IMG/VR virus record: IMGVR_UViG_3300037961_003327
Span: 1-54,053 of that record
Length of the DNA: 54,053 bases
Direction: 5' to 3' (one strand)
Source: a virus
Taxonomy: Duplodnaviria; Caudoviricetes
A program made the translations under genes and the position numbers. Shown in pieces: positions 1 through 10,058 of this stretch. Position 1 is the first letter of the stretch. Every line of letters starts with the position of its first letter. The notes beneath the pieces are model-generated. The model did not search any database. It had not been told where the DNA came from and saw only the letters and a list, made by a program, of their open reading frames with translations.

Positions 1-967
1 CAGCATCGTAGTTAAAGGCTGTCGTGTCCATGCACCCCCAGGTGTGAAGCGTGATGCAGTCTCCTGGCTCCGTAGCGTTTGGGTTGTAGTCAACGTAATC
101 GTCATCCATGCAGCCAACTACTGGAGGATCGACAGGGCAAGGGTCTACGAAAACAGCCCCTGAGTAGGCCACCAGTCCGTCACCCTCTGCAAAGGCGATA
201 TCCTCAAGCTCCCACACAACAGAGTCGTTGCATGCCGTGATTACTACACCGCCATCGGCGATACCGCCAGTCGCGCTTCCGTTTAGTCCGTCTCCGTATG
301 TGTCTGTAAGGATGAGCTCAAAGCCCAGCGAAACACAGAAGTCATAGGTGTACGTAGCTAGTTGATCCCCGAAGTTAAACTGTCCTGGAAACACCTGCTC
401 GTAGAACTGACCTACAGCCAAGTCTACTAGTGTAAAACCAGTCTCGTTGGGCCAGTTATCTAGCGTCAGCTCCATAGATACGAACGCTTCACCCTCTGGG
501 CATTCGCTTACATTGCATGTGCCGTTATCCTCTGTAGCCCATGGGTTGTAGTTGTTGGATGATTCATCCATACACCCAGGAATTGGCAGCTCACAAGGCA
601 CAAGCGTAAACGGAACGTTGAGCTCAGACCCTCCGAAGTCGTACACAGCTGTATCGAGGCCGCAGTTGTTGGTTAGGCTAAACCAGCCCTCACCAAAACC
701 ACAACAGATTCCGTCTCCAAACGAATCGTAGATTACAAACTCGTAATCTCCAGGAGGTAGAATCACCATGCTGTTAAAGAGATTGTTGCCGAAGTATCCA
801 CCAGGCGATGCAGCTACTACGGCTGGACCTGCTGGCAGGTTGGGATTGTATATCTCCCAAGTAGTTTCATTACCATATTGGTCTGTAAAAACAGATACGT
901 TTACCCAACCAGGCTGAGCAAACGCATAAATCGGTAATAACAATAAAAACAGTGTAAGTCTTACCAT
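1..967 (-). CDS. Secreted Cys-repeat protein of Bacteroidota surface-protein type (3' truncated at window edge; not in ORF track)
   Basis: Manual translation from ATG 967: MVRLTLFLLLLPIYAFA|QPGWVNV..., open to position 1. Sec signal peptide followed by Gln; two (D/T)xxGDG beta modules; repeats GCMDESSNNYNPWATEDNGTC, GCMDDDYVDYNPNATEPGDC, GCMDTTAFNYDA. Confidence 0.8.
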   Translation of the reverse strand, partial: MVRLTLFLLLLPIYAFAQPGWVNVSVFTDQYGNETTWEIYNPNLPAGPAVVAASPGGYFGNNLFNSMVILPPGDYEFVIYDSFGDGICCGFGEGWFSLTNNCGLDTAVYDFGGSELNVPFTLVPCELPIPGCMDESSNNYNPWATEDNGTCNVSECPEGEAFVSMELTLDNWPNETGFTLVDLAVGQFYEQVFPGQFNFGDQLATYTYDFCVSLGFELILTDTYGDGLNGSATGGIADGGVVITACNDSVVWELEDIAFAEGDGLVAYSGAVFVDPCPVDPPVVGCMDDDYVDYNPNATEPGDCITLHTWGCMDTTAFNYDA

Positions 968-1257
968 TTCACTTTGTTTGCCCAGTAAGCAGCACTGGAT
1001 GGTCCCTTGGCAATGTTCTTTCTGTGTCGAGCCTTGAATGACTTGCGCTTCGCTTTCATGCGAGCGCTTTCTCCTGGCTTGGGCTTACCAGCGGTTTTAG
1101 CCCCCCTTTGACCAAAGCGAATGATTTTAATTTTACCACCTACTCGAACGGCCACTATGTGTGACTTAGTGGGATGAGATGGGGTCCTTTTTGGCTTGTT
1201 TAAACCAGACAGCCCAAGTCGCTTCAGCTTTGCTTTTTCGCTTTTAGTCAGAGACAT
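961..1257 (-). CDS. Small Lys/Arg-rich phage protein
   Basis: 98 aa, very basic, KSFKARH...SAAYWANKVKW ending typical of a widespread phage family; promoter element 4 nt upstream. Confidence 0.75.
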   Translation of the reverse strand: MSLTKSEKAKLKRLGLSGLNKPKRTPSHPTKSHIVAVRVGGKIKIIRFGQRGAKTAGKPKPGESARMKAKRKSFKARHRKNIAKGPSSAAYWANKVKW

Positions 1258-1281
1258 TAAGCAAAAGTAATAAAAACAAAA

Positions 1282-1452
1282 TTATAGGGTGGCGATGACG
1301 TCTTTGTCAGATTGAGTCAACGATCCGTCACTATCCTTTGATAATTGTGCTGCAACCTTAACCTTGTCGCTATCCTTACCAAGCAAAAAATCTAACACTA
1401 GCTGCTCCCCAACCTCATCTATAACTGCTTGTAATTGTTCCGAATAGCCCAT
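1282..1452 (-). CDS. Hypothetical 56-aa protein (not in ORF track)
   Basis: MGYSEQLQAVIDEVGEQLVLDFLLG...; ATG overlaps the upstream TAA (TAATG coupling). Confidence 0.65.
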   Translation of the reverse strand: MGYSEQLQAVIDEVGEQLVLDFLLGKDSDKVKVAAQLSKDSDGSLTQSDKDVIATL

Positions 1453-2315
1453 TATCCAAAGTTTAAAAAAGTGTCTTCAGCAGTTACTTGAAAGATTGCG
1501 AAGTCGGTTTCTTCACCTGAAAAACTACCTGTGTCGCTGCCTTGAAGTTGAAAATGTGTCGCATCGTTCTGACTATGAAAACGGATTTCCATGCTTTTGA
1601 TGATCGGAATCGTTGAATATGTTCCCGATTCAAATTTTAGTTGCCACCAATTGTTTGTCGCATTTGTAGCCAGAAGCCATGCAAGGTCAAAGTTACTGCC
1701 GTTTACTGCTTTCCAAGCGTCATAACTACTTGAAAACAGATGCCCCTGACTAACCTCGATGCCTGTTTCCGAAGTGTTGCTTGTAAGGTTTGTAGTTGGG
1801 TATTCAGTTCCACTTTGACTTGATCCTGTGAAAAAACTCAACTCGGATATTGCGAGACGTGAACTAGAATTAGCACCCGCTGATGTGACTCCGCGTAGGC
1901 GGATGTATCGCTTTTGTACGAAACTAACATCATAAGTTGCTGTGGCAGCTGCGCTCTGTATGTTGTCGCCAAATTCTTGCGCTCGAACCGTGACCGTTCT
2001 TGTGCCTGTTGCCGTATTAGTGTCGCTGAAGCTCATTGTATCACTAATACTGTCAGCCGCAGTTTCTAACGTATGGTCCACCTGAGTGTCGGTTACCGTA
2101 GTCGTTCCACCAACCGCCGCCGTACATTGATAGTTCGGGTTTGTAAAACTGCTGTGATTTGTTACCTGAACAGTTACTGCTCCAAATACTCCCCCACTGA
2201 CTGAGATTGTTGGTGTCGTTGAGGCCGTTCCTCCACCGCCAGATGGTACGTCCACTCCGTTAATGTCAGCTATGTCAGCCATGGCAATTCCATTTATATC
2301 TCCAGATGTTGGCAT
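1452..2315 (-). CDS. Tail fibre/receptor-binding protein with C-terminal discoidin (F5/8C)-like domain
   Basis: Thr/Ser-rich beta sequence; RYIRL...ISEL, YDAWKAVNG...W...WWQLKF and FQLQGS patterns; directly follows the fibre gene. Confidence 0.6.
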   Translation of the reverse strand: MPTSGDINGIAMADIADINGVDVPSGGGGTASTTPTISVSGGVFGAVTVQVTNHSSFTNPNYQCTAAVGGTTTVTDTQVDHTLETAADSISDTMSFSDTNTATGTRTVTVRAQEFGDNIQSAAATATYDVSFVQKRYIRLRGVTSAGANSSSRLAISELSFFTGSSQSGTEYPTTNLTSNTSETGIEVSQGHLFSSSYDAWKAVNGSNFDLAWLLATNATNNWWQLKFESGTYSTIPIIKSMEIRFHSQNDATHFQLQGSDTGSFSGEETDFAIFQVTAEDTFLNFG

Positions 2316-2317
2316 TG

Positions 2318-4558
2318 TTATGCAAGGTCAATGTAATCTTGTGATGGTGAGAAAAAGACTTTGTTGTCGGCGAGGCAGTGTCCGACAACGCGAACAAAAT
2401 CAGCGCTATCGCTAGGCTGAGTACTAGAAATCTGACCCGTCGCAGAATGACTTATGTAAAGAATATCGCCAGCAGATCCAGGATCATGATTGAGATAGCC
2501 TACCCCGTGTACAAGCATGCCATTTGTAGTAGAGTTGCTACCTAAAGCCATAGCTAGTAACCCTTTTGTTTTTGCTTCGTCGTTAGCATCCACCTCAACC
2601 CATGTTCCACTACTAAATGTGTATACTTTTCCTGCGGTAGTGGAGTCGTTTCCAAACTTAACTATAGTCCCCTCAGCCTCTCCAGCAGCGTTAACCGCTG
2701 AAGTCTGTGTTACAAATTCGCTTTCAGTTCCGTCAACATTTCCAGACAGGTTTCCAGAAAATACGGTAGCTGAAACAGTGCCTGAAGAAGGGTTGTATGT
2801 TAAATCACCGTCTGCTTCTAACCCTACGTTACCGCTGCCTGCTGCCCCAGCAACAAAGGTTATTACGTTTTCTTCGTCAGTGCTTTCATTGTCCGTAACT
2901 GTAACGGTAGTAGCAATAGCAGCCGTGCCAGAGGTGTTCTGGTTCCCTGCGCTATTTACGCCTGGAAGATCTATGTTGCCTGAACCGTCAAAGCTAACAC
3001 CCCCAATGTTTACAGCGGAAGCTAAAGCCGATGCTGTATCAGCGTTGCCTTCAAGAGCTCCGTCAAACTTAGTCGCCTCTATTTCACCTGAGGCTTTCAT
3101 AGTGATTCCGTCTCCGCCGCTAACTCTGAAGATGATTTGGTTATCAGTACCAAACTTGATTCTGTTGTCGGCGTCTCTACCAATTTCTAAGCTAGAGTTT
3201 ACTACGGAGGTGATGCCTGTTTGTGCGGCCTCTACATTTAGAGTTACGCTACCCGAACTACCTCCACCAGAAAGACCAGTGCCTGCGGTAACACCTTCAA
3301 TATCTCCGCTACCACCGCCTCCACCACCTGCGGCAGCAATAGTAATTCCACCGTCGGAGTTTGTAATGGTGATGTTGCTACCAGCCGTAAGGGTACCAAC
3401 TGCTGGACCGCTACTACCGCCTATAAGTAACGATCCGTCTGTAGTCATAGCGGCAGCAGCTAGCGTATCCGTTCCGCTATCCTGAGTAATAATTACAGCC
3501 TTGTCTGTAAACGAAGTTGCGTTGGTTCCGCCCTTTGAAACTGGTACAGTATCAGTCAAGGTAGACCCAGCAGCGGGAACAGTAATTGCAGCGGTCCCGT
3601 CAAAATCCACGCCATTGATTGCTCTTGCTGTGGCAAGTGCTGTAGCTGTACCAGCGTTGCCAGAAGTATTCAAGTCAGAGGCAACCACAAAATCCATATT
3701 GCCATTAGCATCATCATAAGTAACGGCAATGCCTGTTTTTGTTCCGCCAGTAGCGACTAAGGGTCCAGCTATATCTTGGACTTGCTCAGTAGAGAGCTGA
3801 GTATTAGTGTCTGTAGACGCTATCGTAATATTGTCTGCATCTGTGTGAGTCAGGGTTATATTAGATCCAGCAACAAACTTGATATCGTCAGTCCCAGAAC
3901 CTGCACCACCCGTAGTGTTTCTAAGAATGATGTCATCGGAGCTATCTACAAAAGATAGAGTAGTTGTGTTTTGAGTGTTGGTGTCTGACGGCAAAGCAAC
4001 CCAGTCTAAGTTACCGCTAGCATCCGTTTGAAGCACTTTATTAGCATCACCAGAATCTACACCTGGCGGAAGTGTCAAGGTATATGTTGCTCCTGTAGAG
4101 TGAGCTGGGCTTTGGATTTTAACGCCGTGGGTGTTCTGTGAGCAATTTAACTGTATGGCCCCTGTGGTGCCGTCATCAGTCCCATCGCCCATAATCTCAA
4201 CGCACCCTGTTCCGTTGGGGTCAATCTTTACATTTCCGTTACTAGTAGATGTAGTAATCTTGCTAGACTGAACATCCAAGTCTCCACCTAGCTGAGGAGA
4301 GGTATCTAAAGAAATATCGCTTCCTCCATCAGCGCCTGCTGCTCCTGTAGCGCCTGTCGCGCCAGTTGCACCTGTAGCTCCTGTGTCGCCAGTGTCACCT
4401 TTGTCACCCTTGATTCCTTTTTCTGTTACTGTTATGGAGCTAGAAGCAGGAGGGGTAACTGTTACGGAGGTAGAAGATTCATTTACGGTAATCGTAGTGC
4501 CACCAGTTTCCGTAGTGGTGATAGAGTTTCCACCGCTAGAAGTAACTGTTATAGCCAT
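2318..4558 (-). CDS. Tail fibre protein with collagen-like repeat
   Basis: 746 aa, G/T/S/A-rich; Gly-X-Y run GIKGDKGDTGDTGATGATGATGATGAAGADG; DTSPQLGGDLD and repeated (I/V)xGVxFDG fibre motifs. Confidence 0.85.
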   Translation of the reverse strand: MAITVTSSGGNSITTTETGGTTITVNESSTSVTVTPPASSSITVTEKGIKGDKGDTGDTGATGATGATGATGAAGADGGSDISLDTSPQLGGDLDVQSSKITTSTSNGNVKIDPNGTGCVEIMGDGTDDGTTGAIQLNCSQNTHGVKIQSPAHSTGATYTLTLPPGVDSGDANKVLQTDASGNLDWVALPSDTNTQNTTTLSFVDSSDDIILRNTTGGAGSGTDDIKFVAGSNITLTHTDADNITIASTDTNTQLSTEQVQDIAGPLVATGGTKTGIAVTYDDANGNMDFVVASDLNTSGNAGTATALATARAINGVDFDGTAAITVPAAGSTLTDTVPVSKGGTNATSFTDKAVIITQDSGTDTLAAAAMTTDGSLLIGGSSGPAVGTLTAGSNITITNSDGGITIAAAGGGGGGSGDIEGVTAGTGLSGGGSSGSVTLNVEAAQTGITSVVNSSLEIGRDADNRIKFGTDNQIIFRVSGGDGITMKASGEIEATKFDGALEGNADTASALASAVNIGGVSFDGSGNIDLPGVNSAGNQNTSGTAAIATTVTVTDNESTDEENVITFVAGAAGSGNVGLEADGDLTYNPSSGTVSATVFSGNLSGNVDGTESEFVTQTSAVNAAGEAEGTIVKFGNDSTTAGKVYTFSSGTWVEVDANDEAKTKGLLAMALGSNSTTNGMLVHGVGYLNHDPGSAGDILYISHSATGQISSTQPSDSADFVRVVGHCLADNKVFFSPSQDYIDLA

Positions 4559-4559
4559 A

Positions 4560-5012
4560 TCACCTAGAAATATCTTCGTTTACAGTAAATGAACCTCTAA
4601 GAATAGTTGTGACGACATCACCTACTTTTTGCTGGATATCGTAACTAAATATACCGACAGGAAGATTTGCCATCGTATCAGCAGATGCGGTAACTTTTAC
4701 AGTCCCGCTATCAGTAATATCTGTAAACTCAAAGCCTGTGCTCAGCTTACCTTTTTGACTTTCGCTAAGTTGTTTTGCATTTGCTTGAGAAGACGACAAA
4801 GTGCTAGATGCAATAACTTCTCTTTCAGAGACTCCAGACCTAGTTCTTTGAGCAGACGTTTTTACATCCATCAAAAACTCATAGCCCAAAGTAGATAGCT
4901 GCAAAGCAGTGCCACTAGAGTCTTTTAAAGTCAAAGTAAGAGAAAACGTATCACCTCTTCTGCAAGTAATATCTAGTTGTTCTGCTACATCTAAGTTTAC
5001 GCTACTTCCCAT
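4560..5012 (-). CDS. Virion structural protein (fibre-attachment/BppU-N-like beta sandwich)
   Basis: DITCRRGDTFSLTLT...YDIQ...TILRGSFTV pattern; lies between portal and fibre. Confidence 0.55.
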   Translation of the reverse strand: MGSSVNLDVAEQLDITCRRGDTFSLTLTLKDSSGTALQLSTLGYEFLMDVKTSAQRTRSGVSEREVIASSTLSSSQANAKQLSESQKGKLSTGFEFTDITDSGTVKVTASADTMANLPVGIFSYDIQQKVGDVVTTILRGSFTVNEDISR

Positions 5013-5013
5013 A

Positions 5014-7464
5014 TCAACCTAATAGTGTGTTTGTAATATTTACTGGTATATCCGAGCCCTCTGTGATTTCACCCCTTTTGCCCTGACGTTGAGATATAAG
5101 CTTGCTTTGCTTCTCCGCCTGCTTATCTATCCTTTCGTCCTTTCTATTCTCTTTGAGAACTTCGATTTTTTCTTTAAACTCTTGATCGTCAGTCTTAAAT
5201 CCAAGAGTAGCTTGAGCCTTAATTATCTCAATCTCTTTTCTAAACTGATGGCGCATCTGTTCAAGCTGCGACTCTAACTGAGTTTTAAGCTGCATCTTTT
5301 GAGCGTCTATCTGTGCTTCCATCTGCATTTCTTGCATCCTACCTTGAGAAGCCGCCTGAGCAGCAGCCTGAGCTTGCTGAGCTTGAAATTGAGAGTTTTG
5401 TGCAGCAATCTGTTGTTGAGAAGCAATCCTCTTTTTTCTTCGAATCACAAGCAAACGCTCAGCTTGATTCACATCCTTTATGTTGCGAATAGCTATAGCA
5501 TCCTCAATATCTATTTCTTTTTGCTGCAAAGAAATCTGTATGTTCTGCTCCAAGTATGCTTTGTCTTTGTCCTCCATTTCTTTGACTACCTGCACGCCGA
5601 AGTTGTACATCGGCAAGTTGCTAAACGAAGAAAGGACAGACATGTTTTCTTTTCCGATAGCGTTCTCATAAACCCTATACAAAACAGACTCAGAAGGAAG
5701 TATCTGTATGCACTTCACTATGTCTTCGCACACATACTTAAACAACACCATAGAAGCATTAGTGATGTCGTATATAGCATTGTTCCCAGCTGCTATAGCT
5801 TGCTGCTGAACACCCACGAGTGTATCGCCTTTCGGTGTAGAAGCATCCATCATCTCGTTGATTCCCGTAGTGTCACGAATCATTCTGAGATAGTGGTTGT
5901 ATAAACCAATCAATTCATTGATATTGCGGATGCTGTTACCTATCTCTCTGACTGGCGGATTTTGGAACCCACCCTCTGGGTTCTTACTTCTGTAATAAAA
6001 GACACCAGTCTGCTCGTAGATATCGTGAAGATCTAGCGGCTGCAACTCACCGCCCTTGCCAAGCTGTACGTTTTCTAAACCTTCAATATCAATAATCAGT
6101 CCGTCAGGCTTAGCTTTTGCGATAGCCTGCTGCAACTTCAGGTGAGTCAACTGCAACATGTCGGCAAAACCCGTGCAACTATCCACCAAAGACTTTGGCA
6201 TCATGTTGCGGATGTTTGTCGCAACTACAGAATAAGACAGTCTGCACTTAGATATATCATGAATATTCTTAGGGATATTCTTGCTCATCCCATAGTTGAA
6301 AATCATATCAGAACCACCTAGGATATAACTGCCACCGTAAACAGTAGCAATTTCCATTTTGTGCGGTTTTCTTTCAAATACACTTCCCTGTTTGGGCTCA
6401 TAGTTAAAACCCTTCATAAAGAAGTTTACGTTGCCAAACCTGTTTTCTTTTTCTTCGAAATAAATGCAATCAACAGAGATAAATTCAAAGTCTAATATGT
6501 TAACCATATACTCATCGTACCCATACTCTTGACGCATAAGCCGATTGTTGTAAGAGGTCTTGTTTAACGCACTAGAATCATTTCCATATTTGCCACTTAC
6601 AGTCTTAGCTATCTTTTCAAAGTCGTGCTCTTCTAGCTCATGACCAGCTAACCTTTTTAGCTCCTGTATGGATACCGTCTTAATGTGACCCGCATAAATT
6701 AAATCTTGGAAGGTGGGGTCCTCTGTGTAACTATGAATAAACTTAGTTGGGTCAACATAGTTAGTTTTAATTCCCTCATTGGGATCGTTGGTCCTATGTA
6801 CGACAGCCATACCCAAAGAAACCAAGTCATTCACACATCGTCTAAAGATGTTATCAGTGAAGCTGTTCCAAGAAAGAGTCATATTCGTTCCAATCTGAGC
6901 TGCCACTTCAGCATCGGTCTTGGTGTTTGTGCCTAAAAATATTTCCGACTCTTCTAAAGAATCTGGAAGTTCGTCAGGATTGATGTCAAGAACCAACCCG
7001 CCGCTTTTTTCTTTTAGAGCTTGAAGCTTTTGTTTTGCTTGAATCTGAATTTCTACTCTTCTTTTCTTTTTGTCTTTTTCAGAAGAAGAAAGCGGATCTA
7101 CAGCTTCAAGGTTAGGGTAGGGATTTCTAGAGAGAATTTTGTTTACAACAACACGAACAAACTTTGGGAGAATAGGAACTGGAGTATAGTCCAGGTTCAT
7201 CAAGCTGCCATCGCCATCGTTCGGATTTAAAGACCGAAGAAGCTTCTTGTATATATTGGTGTCTTGATTACCGTTAGCGTAATCTCTACTCCTTTCAAAA
7301 ATAACATTTCTCTTCCCATAAAGAGATGTGGAGCTAGTCATTTTTCCCCACTGAGACTCCATCGCTTTTGCGTATGCAATCCCGTAAGCCTTACTGTTTT
7401 TCGTTTCAGTGCTTGCTAACGGATCGGGAAACGAGCCTTTCTTGTTGTCGTTTTTATAATTCAT
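5014..7464 (-). CDS. Portal protein
   Basis: 816 aa directly downstream of terminase; PVPILPKFV, IRDTTGINE motifs and Gln-rich coiled-coil C-terminus as in podovirus/crAss-like portals. Confidence 0.85.
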   Translation of the reverse strand: MNYKNDNKKGSFPDPLASTETKNSKAYGIAYAKAMESQWGKMTSSTSLYGKRNVIFERSRDYANGNQDTNIYKKLLRSLNPNDGDGSLMNLDYTPVPILPKFVRVVVNKILSRNPYPNLEAVDPLSSSEKDKKKRRVEIQIQAKQKLQALKEKSGGLVLDINPDELPDSLEESEIFLGTNTKTDAEVAAQIGTNMTLSWNSFTDNIFRRCVNDLVSLGMAVVHRTNDPNEGIKTNYVDPTKFIHSYTEDPTFQDLIYAGHIKTVSIQELKRLAGHELEEHDFEKIAKTVSGKYGNDSSALNKTSYNNRLMRQEYGYDEYMVNILDFEFISVDCIYFEEKENRFGNVNFFMKGFNYEPKQGSVFERKPHKMEIATVYGGSYILGGSDMIFNYGMSKNIPKNIHDISKCRLSYSVVATNIRNMMPKSLVDSCTGFADMLQLTHLKLQQAIAKAKPDGLIIDIEGLENVQLGKGGELQPLDLHDIYEQTGVFYYRSKNPEGGFQNPPVREIGNSIRNINELIGLYNHYLRMIRDTTGINEMMDASTPKGDTLVGVQQQAIAAGNNAIYDITNASMVLFKYVCEDIVKCIQILPSESVLYRVYENAIGKENMSVLSSFSNLPMYNFGVQVVKEMEDKDKAYLEQNIQISLQQKEIDIEDAIAIRNIKDVNQAERLLVIRRKKRIASQQQIAAQNSQFQAQQAQAAAQAASQGRMQEMQMEAQIDAQKMQLKTQLESQLEQMRHQFRKEIEIIKAQATLGFKTDDQEFKEKIEVLKENRKDERIDKQAEKQSKLISQRQGKRGEITEGSDIPVNITNTLLG

Positions 7465-7508
7465 ATTTTTTAAAGCACAGTACGCTTGTTTGCAAATATA
7501 GCAAATCG

Positions 7509-9626
7509 TTAATTGACCTTATACTTTCTAAAAAATACGCGATCATTGAAATTAGATTGTTTCTTTTGTTTTTGTTTTTGACACCCTAACAATGCAAGAC
7601 CAGAACTAATAGTCAAGTCATATTTAGTTCTCTTGTCTATTTTAAATCCTATCCAATCCTCTAGCGTTCTGTTAAAATACATATTACCTACTTCGCCAGT
7701 TTCATAGCTAACACCTACATGTTCATGAATATATTTTTCTATAGATTGAGCATGAGCCTGTATGACATCTTGAGAGTTAGATGGGATACCTTTTGTTTTC
7801 ACATTTGTGTGTGAAGAAGCACTAAGAAGGTGTTTCGGTCTGTCCATTAAGTAACCATCATAACCTCTTGACTCAAAGTATCTTACAATACCATACTTGT
7901 TGTTCTCTACGAGCAAAGGGTATCCGTAATAAAAAGCACACATCAACACATCTTCATAAAAGATGCTAGCCAAGTCTGGACGTGAAGCATATTCTACAAC
8001 AAACATGTTTGATGGTCGATTCATGTTAAACTTATTGTACATGTGTAGGGCACCTTTAGAGCCTCTATTATCTACCGTAGCATCTAAATCATAAGAGTCA
8101 ACACCACCACATCCATATTCAGGGAAAGGAGCAACTCTCTTCCCTCTCTCTAGCTTACATATATTCCTTTCGTTGGATTCAGGCATCCAGCATACCTTGA
8201 ATCTGCCGTTTGGAGTTGGAGAAAAAACAACTTCTTTGTCTTTTTCTTTCCAAGTAAAGTTTCCTGTAACTACGGGGTTGGGATATAGCTCATCGTTGTG
8301 CTCTATCTGCTGATAAATTTTGCCTATGTTGAAAAGGCTGCTTTCAATACTGTCTCTAAATGCTTCGTCCTCGGTAAACGGAAACTGCCTGGTTATCTCA
8401 TTAAGCTCAGAAGGGTTATCTTTAAAAGATTTTCTTTCGTTCTTCAAGTAAGACTTACTCCCGCTTTCTATGACTTCTCCGTCTATGCCTTGTATTTTGT
8501 CATTTTGATCGGGGTCTTCTATTACTGCGTTTCCGTATTCGTCAAAGAAACCCTCTAGGGCTTCGTATGCAGGAATGAATATTCTGTAAAGACCCGACCT
8601 AGTTCTTCCGTTGGCATTTCTTTCGTTGGGATTTGAGTCATTCCACAAACCCCTGTACTCTTTCCCTCCTTTATTCATAGGGTTGACAGTAGATCCAACA
8701 ATTGCTTTTCCGACAATCCTCTTACCTACAATCAAGCAAGTTCTTTCTATCCTCCAAGCCTCACGGATGTCTGTAGGCTTCTCCCACTTGCCCGCCTCAT
8801 CGAGGTACAGCATGTGTAGCTTCTCACCATCGTATGCGTTGTTCGTGGTGTTCTTCCAGTTAATTACGGTGTTAAGTGCATCACCACGGTAAGACGTCTT
8901 GTTGTTTTTCGTGATACGTTTCGATGGCTCACGAAACGCTAACTCCATACGAGGGTTAGTCGTACCGTCTTGGATAGGCTTGAAAAAGAAAGGGTAGCCT
9001 CTAAAAATAGAGACTACTTTTTTCATAAAAATATTTTCTTGAGCGTCTTTACCAGTCTTTGACTGAATCCCCAAAAGCTTCTCTTTAACTTGACTAGCTT
9101 CGTCAACAAGTACAGCAGAGCATATATTAGTGTAGCCAGAACGACGACACTTAGTATATAGCTGACCGAAACAACGGGGATCAGCTTCGCAAGCAGCCAT
9201 GTGAAGAAAGATTTCTCTTTGGAAAGCAAGGTATGATGGGTATCCGATATCGATTTTAGACCATTGTAGAAACATATAGTGTCTCCCTGTAATATACGTA
9301 GGGACCCCATTGTTGTAAAACCAAACGCCGTTCCTCCTGCGTTGAAACTCTTTTTCGATGTATACACGAAACTTTGACCGAAACTCGGCAGGTTTTTCGA
9401 ACCACTCATCCATACTTCGAATCCTTTGCAGTTCTTCGGGCATAGGCAAGCGCCTCCACAACTGCAACTCCTTTGGCTCTTCATGGAAGAGTATCTCAGA
9501 TCGCTTCGGTTTTTTTGGTAGCACAATAAGTAGCCCACTCGATTCGAAGTGATTTCCCTCTGTGCCGTTAGGGTCGATTTTAATCCCTTTAGTTTCATAG
9601 CCATCTATATCTACAAGTACAGACAT
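7509..9626 (-). CDS. terL: Terminase large subunit
   Basis: Walker A-like KCRRSGYT, Walker B YLDEAGKW, GST motif, nuclease GVDSYD, ENN, and YDLTISSGLA. Start moved to ATG 9626 because the track start falls in the tRNA. Confidence 0.92.
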   Translation of the reverse strand: MSVLVDIDGYETKGIKIDPNGTEGNHFESSGLLIVLPKKPKRSEILFHEEPKELQLWRRLPMPEELQRIRSMDEWFEKPAEFRSKFRVYIEKEFQRRRNGVWFYNNGVPTYITGRHYMFLQWSKIDIGYPSYLAFQREIFLHMAACEADPRCFGQLYTKCRRSGYTNICSAVLVDEASQVKEKLLGIQSKTGKDAQENIFMKKVVSIFRGYPFFFKPIQDGTTNPRMELAFREPSKRITKNNKTSYRGDALNTVINWKNTTNNAYDGEKLHMLYLDEAGKWEKPTDIREAWRIERTCLIVGKRIVGKAIVGSTVNPMNKGGKEYRGLWNDSNPNERNANGRTRSGLYRIFIPAYEALEGFFDEYGNAVIEDPDQNDKIQGIDGEVIESGSKSYLKNERKSFKDNPSELNEITRQFPFTEDEAFRDSIESSLFNIGKIYQQIEHNDELYPNPVVTGNFTWKEKDKEVVFSPTPNGRFKVCWMPESNERNICKLERGKRVAPFPEYGCGGVDSYDLDATVDNRGSKGALHMYNKFNMNRPSNMFVVEYASRPDLASIFYEDVLMCAFYYGYPLLVENNKYGIVRYFESRGYDGYLMDRPKHLLSASSHTNVKTKGIPSNSQDVIQAHAQSIEKYIHEHVGVSYETGEVGNMYFNRTLEDWIGFKIDKRTKYDLTISSGLALLGCQKQKQKKQSNFNDRVFFRKYKVN

Positions 9627-9639
9627 TGAATTTAATTTG

Positions 9640-9713
9640 TACACCCGACAGGATTCGAACCTGTGACCGTCTGCTTAGAAGGCAGATGCTCTATCCAACT
9701 GAGCTACGAGTGC
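9640..9713 (-). tRNA. tRNA-Arg, anticodon UCU
   Basis: Reverse complement GCACTCGTAGCTCAGTTGGATAGAGCATCTGCCTTCTAAGCAGACGGTCACAGGTTCGAATCCTGTCGGGTGTA folds as a cloverleaf; anticodon arm TCTGC-CTTCTAA-GCAGA; T loop GTTCGAATC; CCA not encoded. Confidence 0.95.
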
Positions 9714-10048
9714 ATTCGCTCATGTGTTTTTTTACGATGGCAATTTGCACACCTTATCTCACACTTTCTAATTTCTTCTTTTATAGTTTCTATACTGTAG
9801 GAGTGGGACACCATATCAGCTATAGCTTTTTTCTTTTTGCCTCTTACGTGATCAAACTCAAGGACTATTGGCTCTGACTCTCCACAGTCCACGCAGTTAA
9901 ACATTCTTTTTAATCTGTCTACAAATGCTTTATTTTTTGCTATTTGTTTTTTGTTTCTAGCAGTACTTCTGCAAACTATTTTCTTTTTGTTTTTGCGATA
10001 GTGTCTTGCCGCTGCCTTAGCTTGATCTTCTTTATTTTTGTAAGGCAT
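9704..10048 (-). CDS. HNH endonuclease
   Basis: CVDCG...LEFDHV...CEIRCANCHRKKT; located in the packaging module. Confidence 0.85.
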   Translation of the reverse strand: MPYKNKEDQAKAAARHYRKNKKKIVCRSTARNKKQIAKNKAFVDRLKRMFNCVDCGESEPIVLEFDHVRGKKKKAIADMVSHSYSIETIKEEIRKCEIRCANCHRKKTHERMHS

Positions 10049-10058
10049 GCGGCGACGA

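Noticed and set aside
2517-3485. 322-aa + strand ORF and other long antisense ORFs (5299-5904, 38841-39398, 48404-49000)
   Set aside because: Shadows of Gly/Thr/Ser/Ala-rich or codon-biased minus-strand genes; no motifs or start context.
4320-4420. Short tandem 9-bp-like repeats
   Set aside because: Explained by collagen Gly-X-Y codons; not CRISPR or a DNA-level repeat.
9640-9713. tRNA as a prophage attachment site
   Set aside because: It sits inside the packaging module, with no integrase or duplicated tRNA 3' end seen.
9626-9877. + strand ORF containing TPDRIRTCDRLLRRQMLYPTELR
   Set aside because: Typical translation of the antisense strand of a tRNA.
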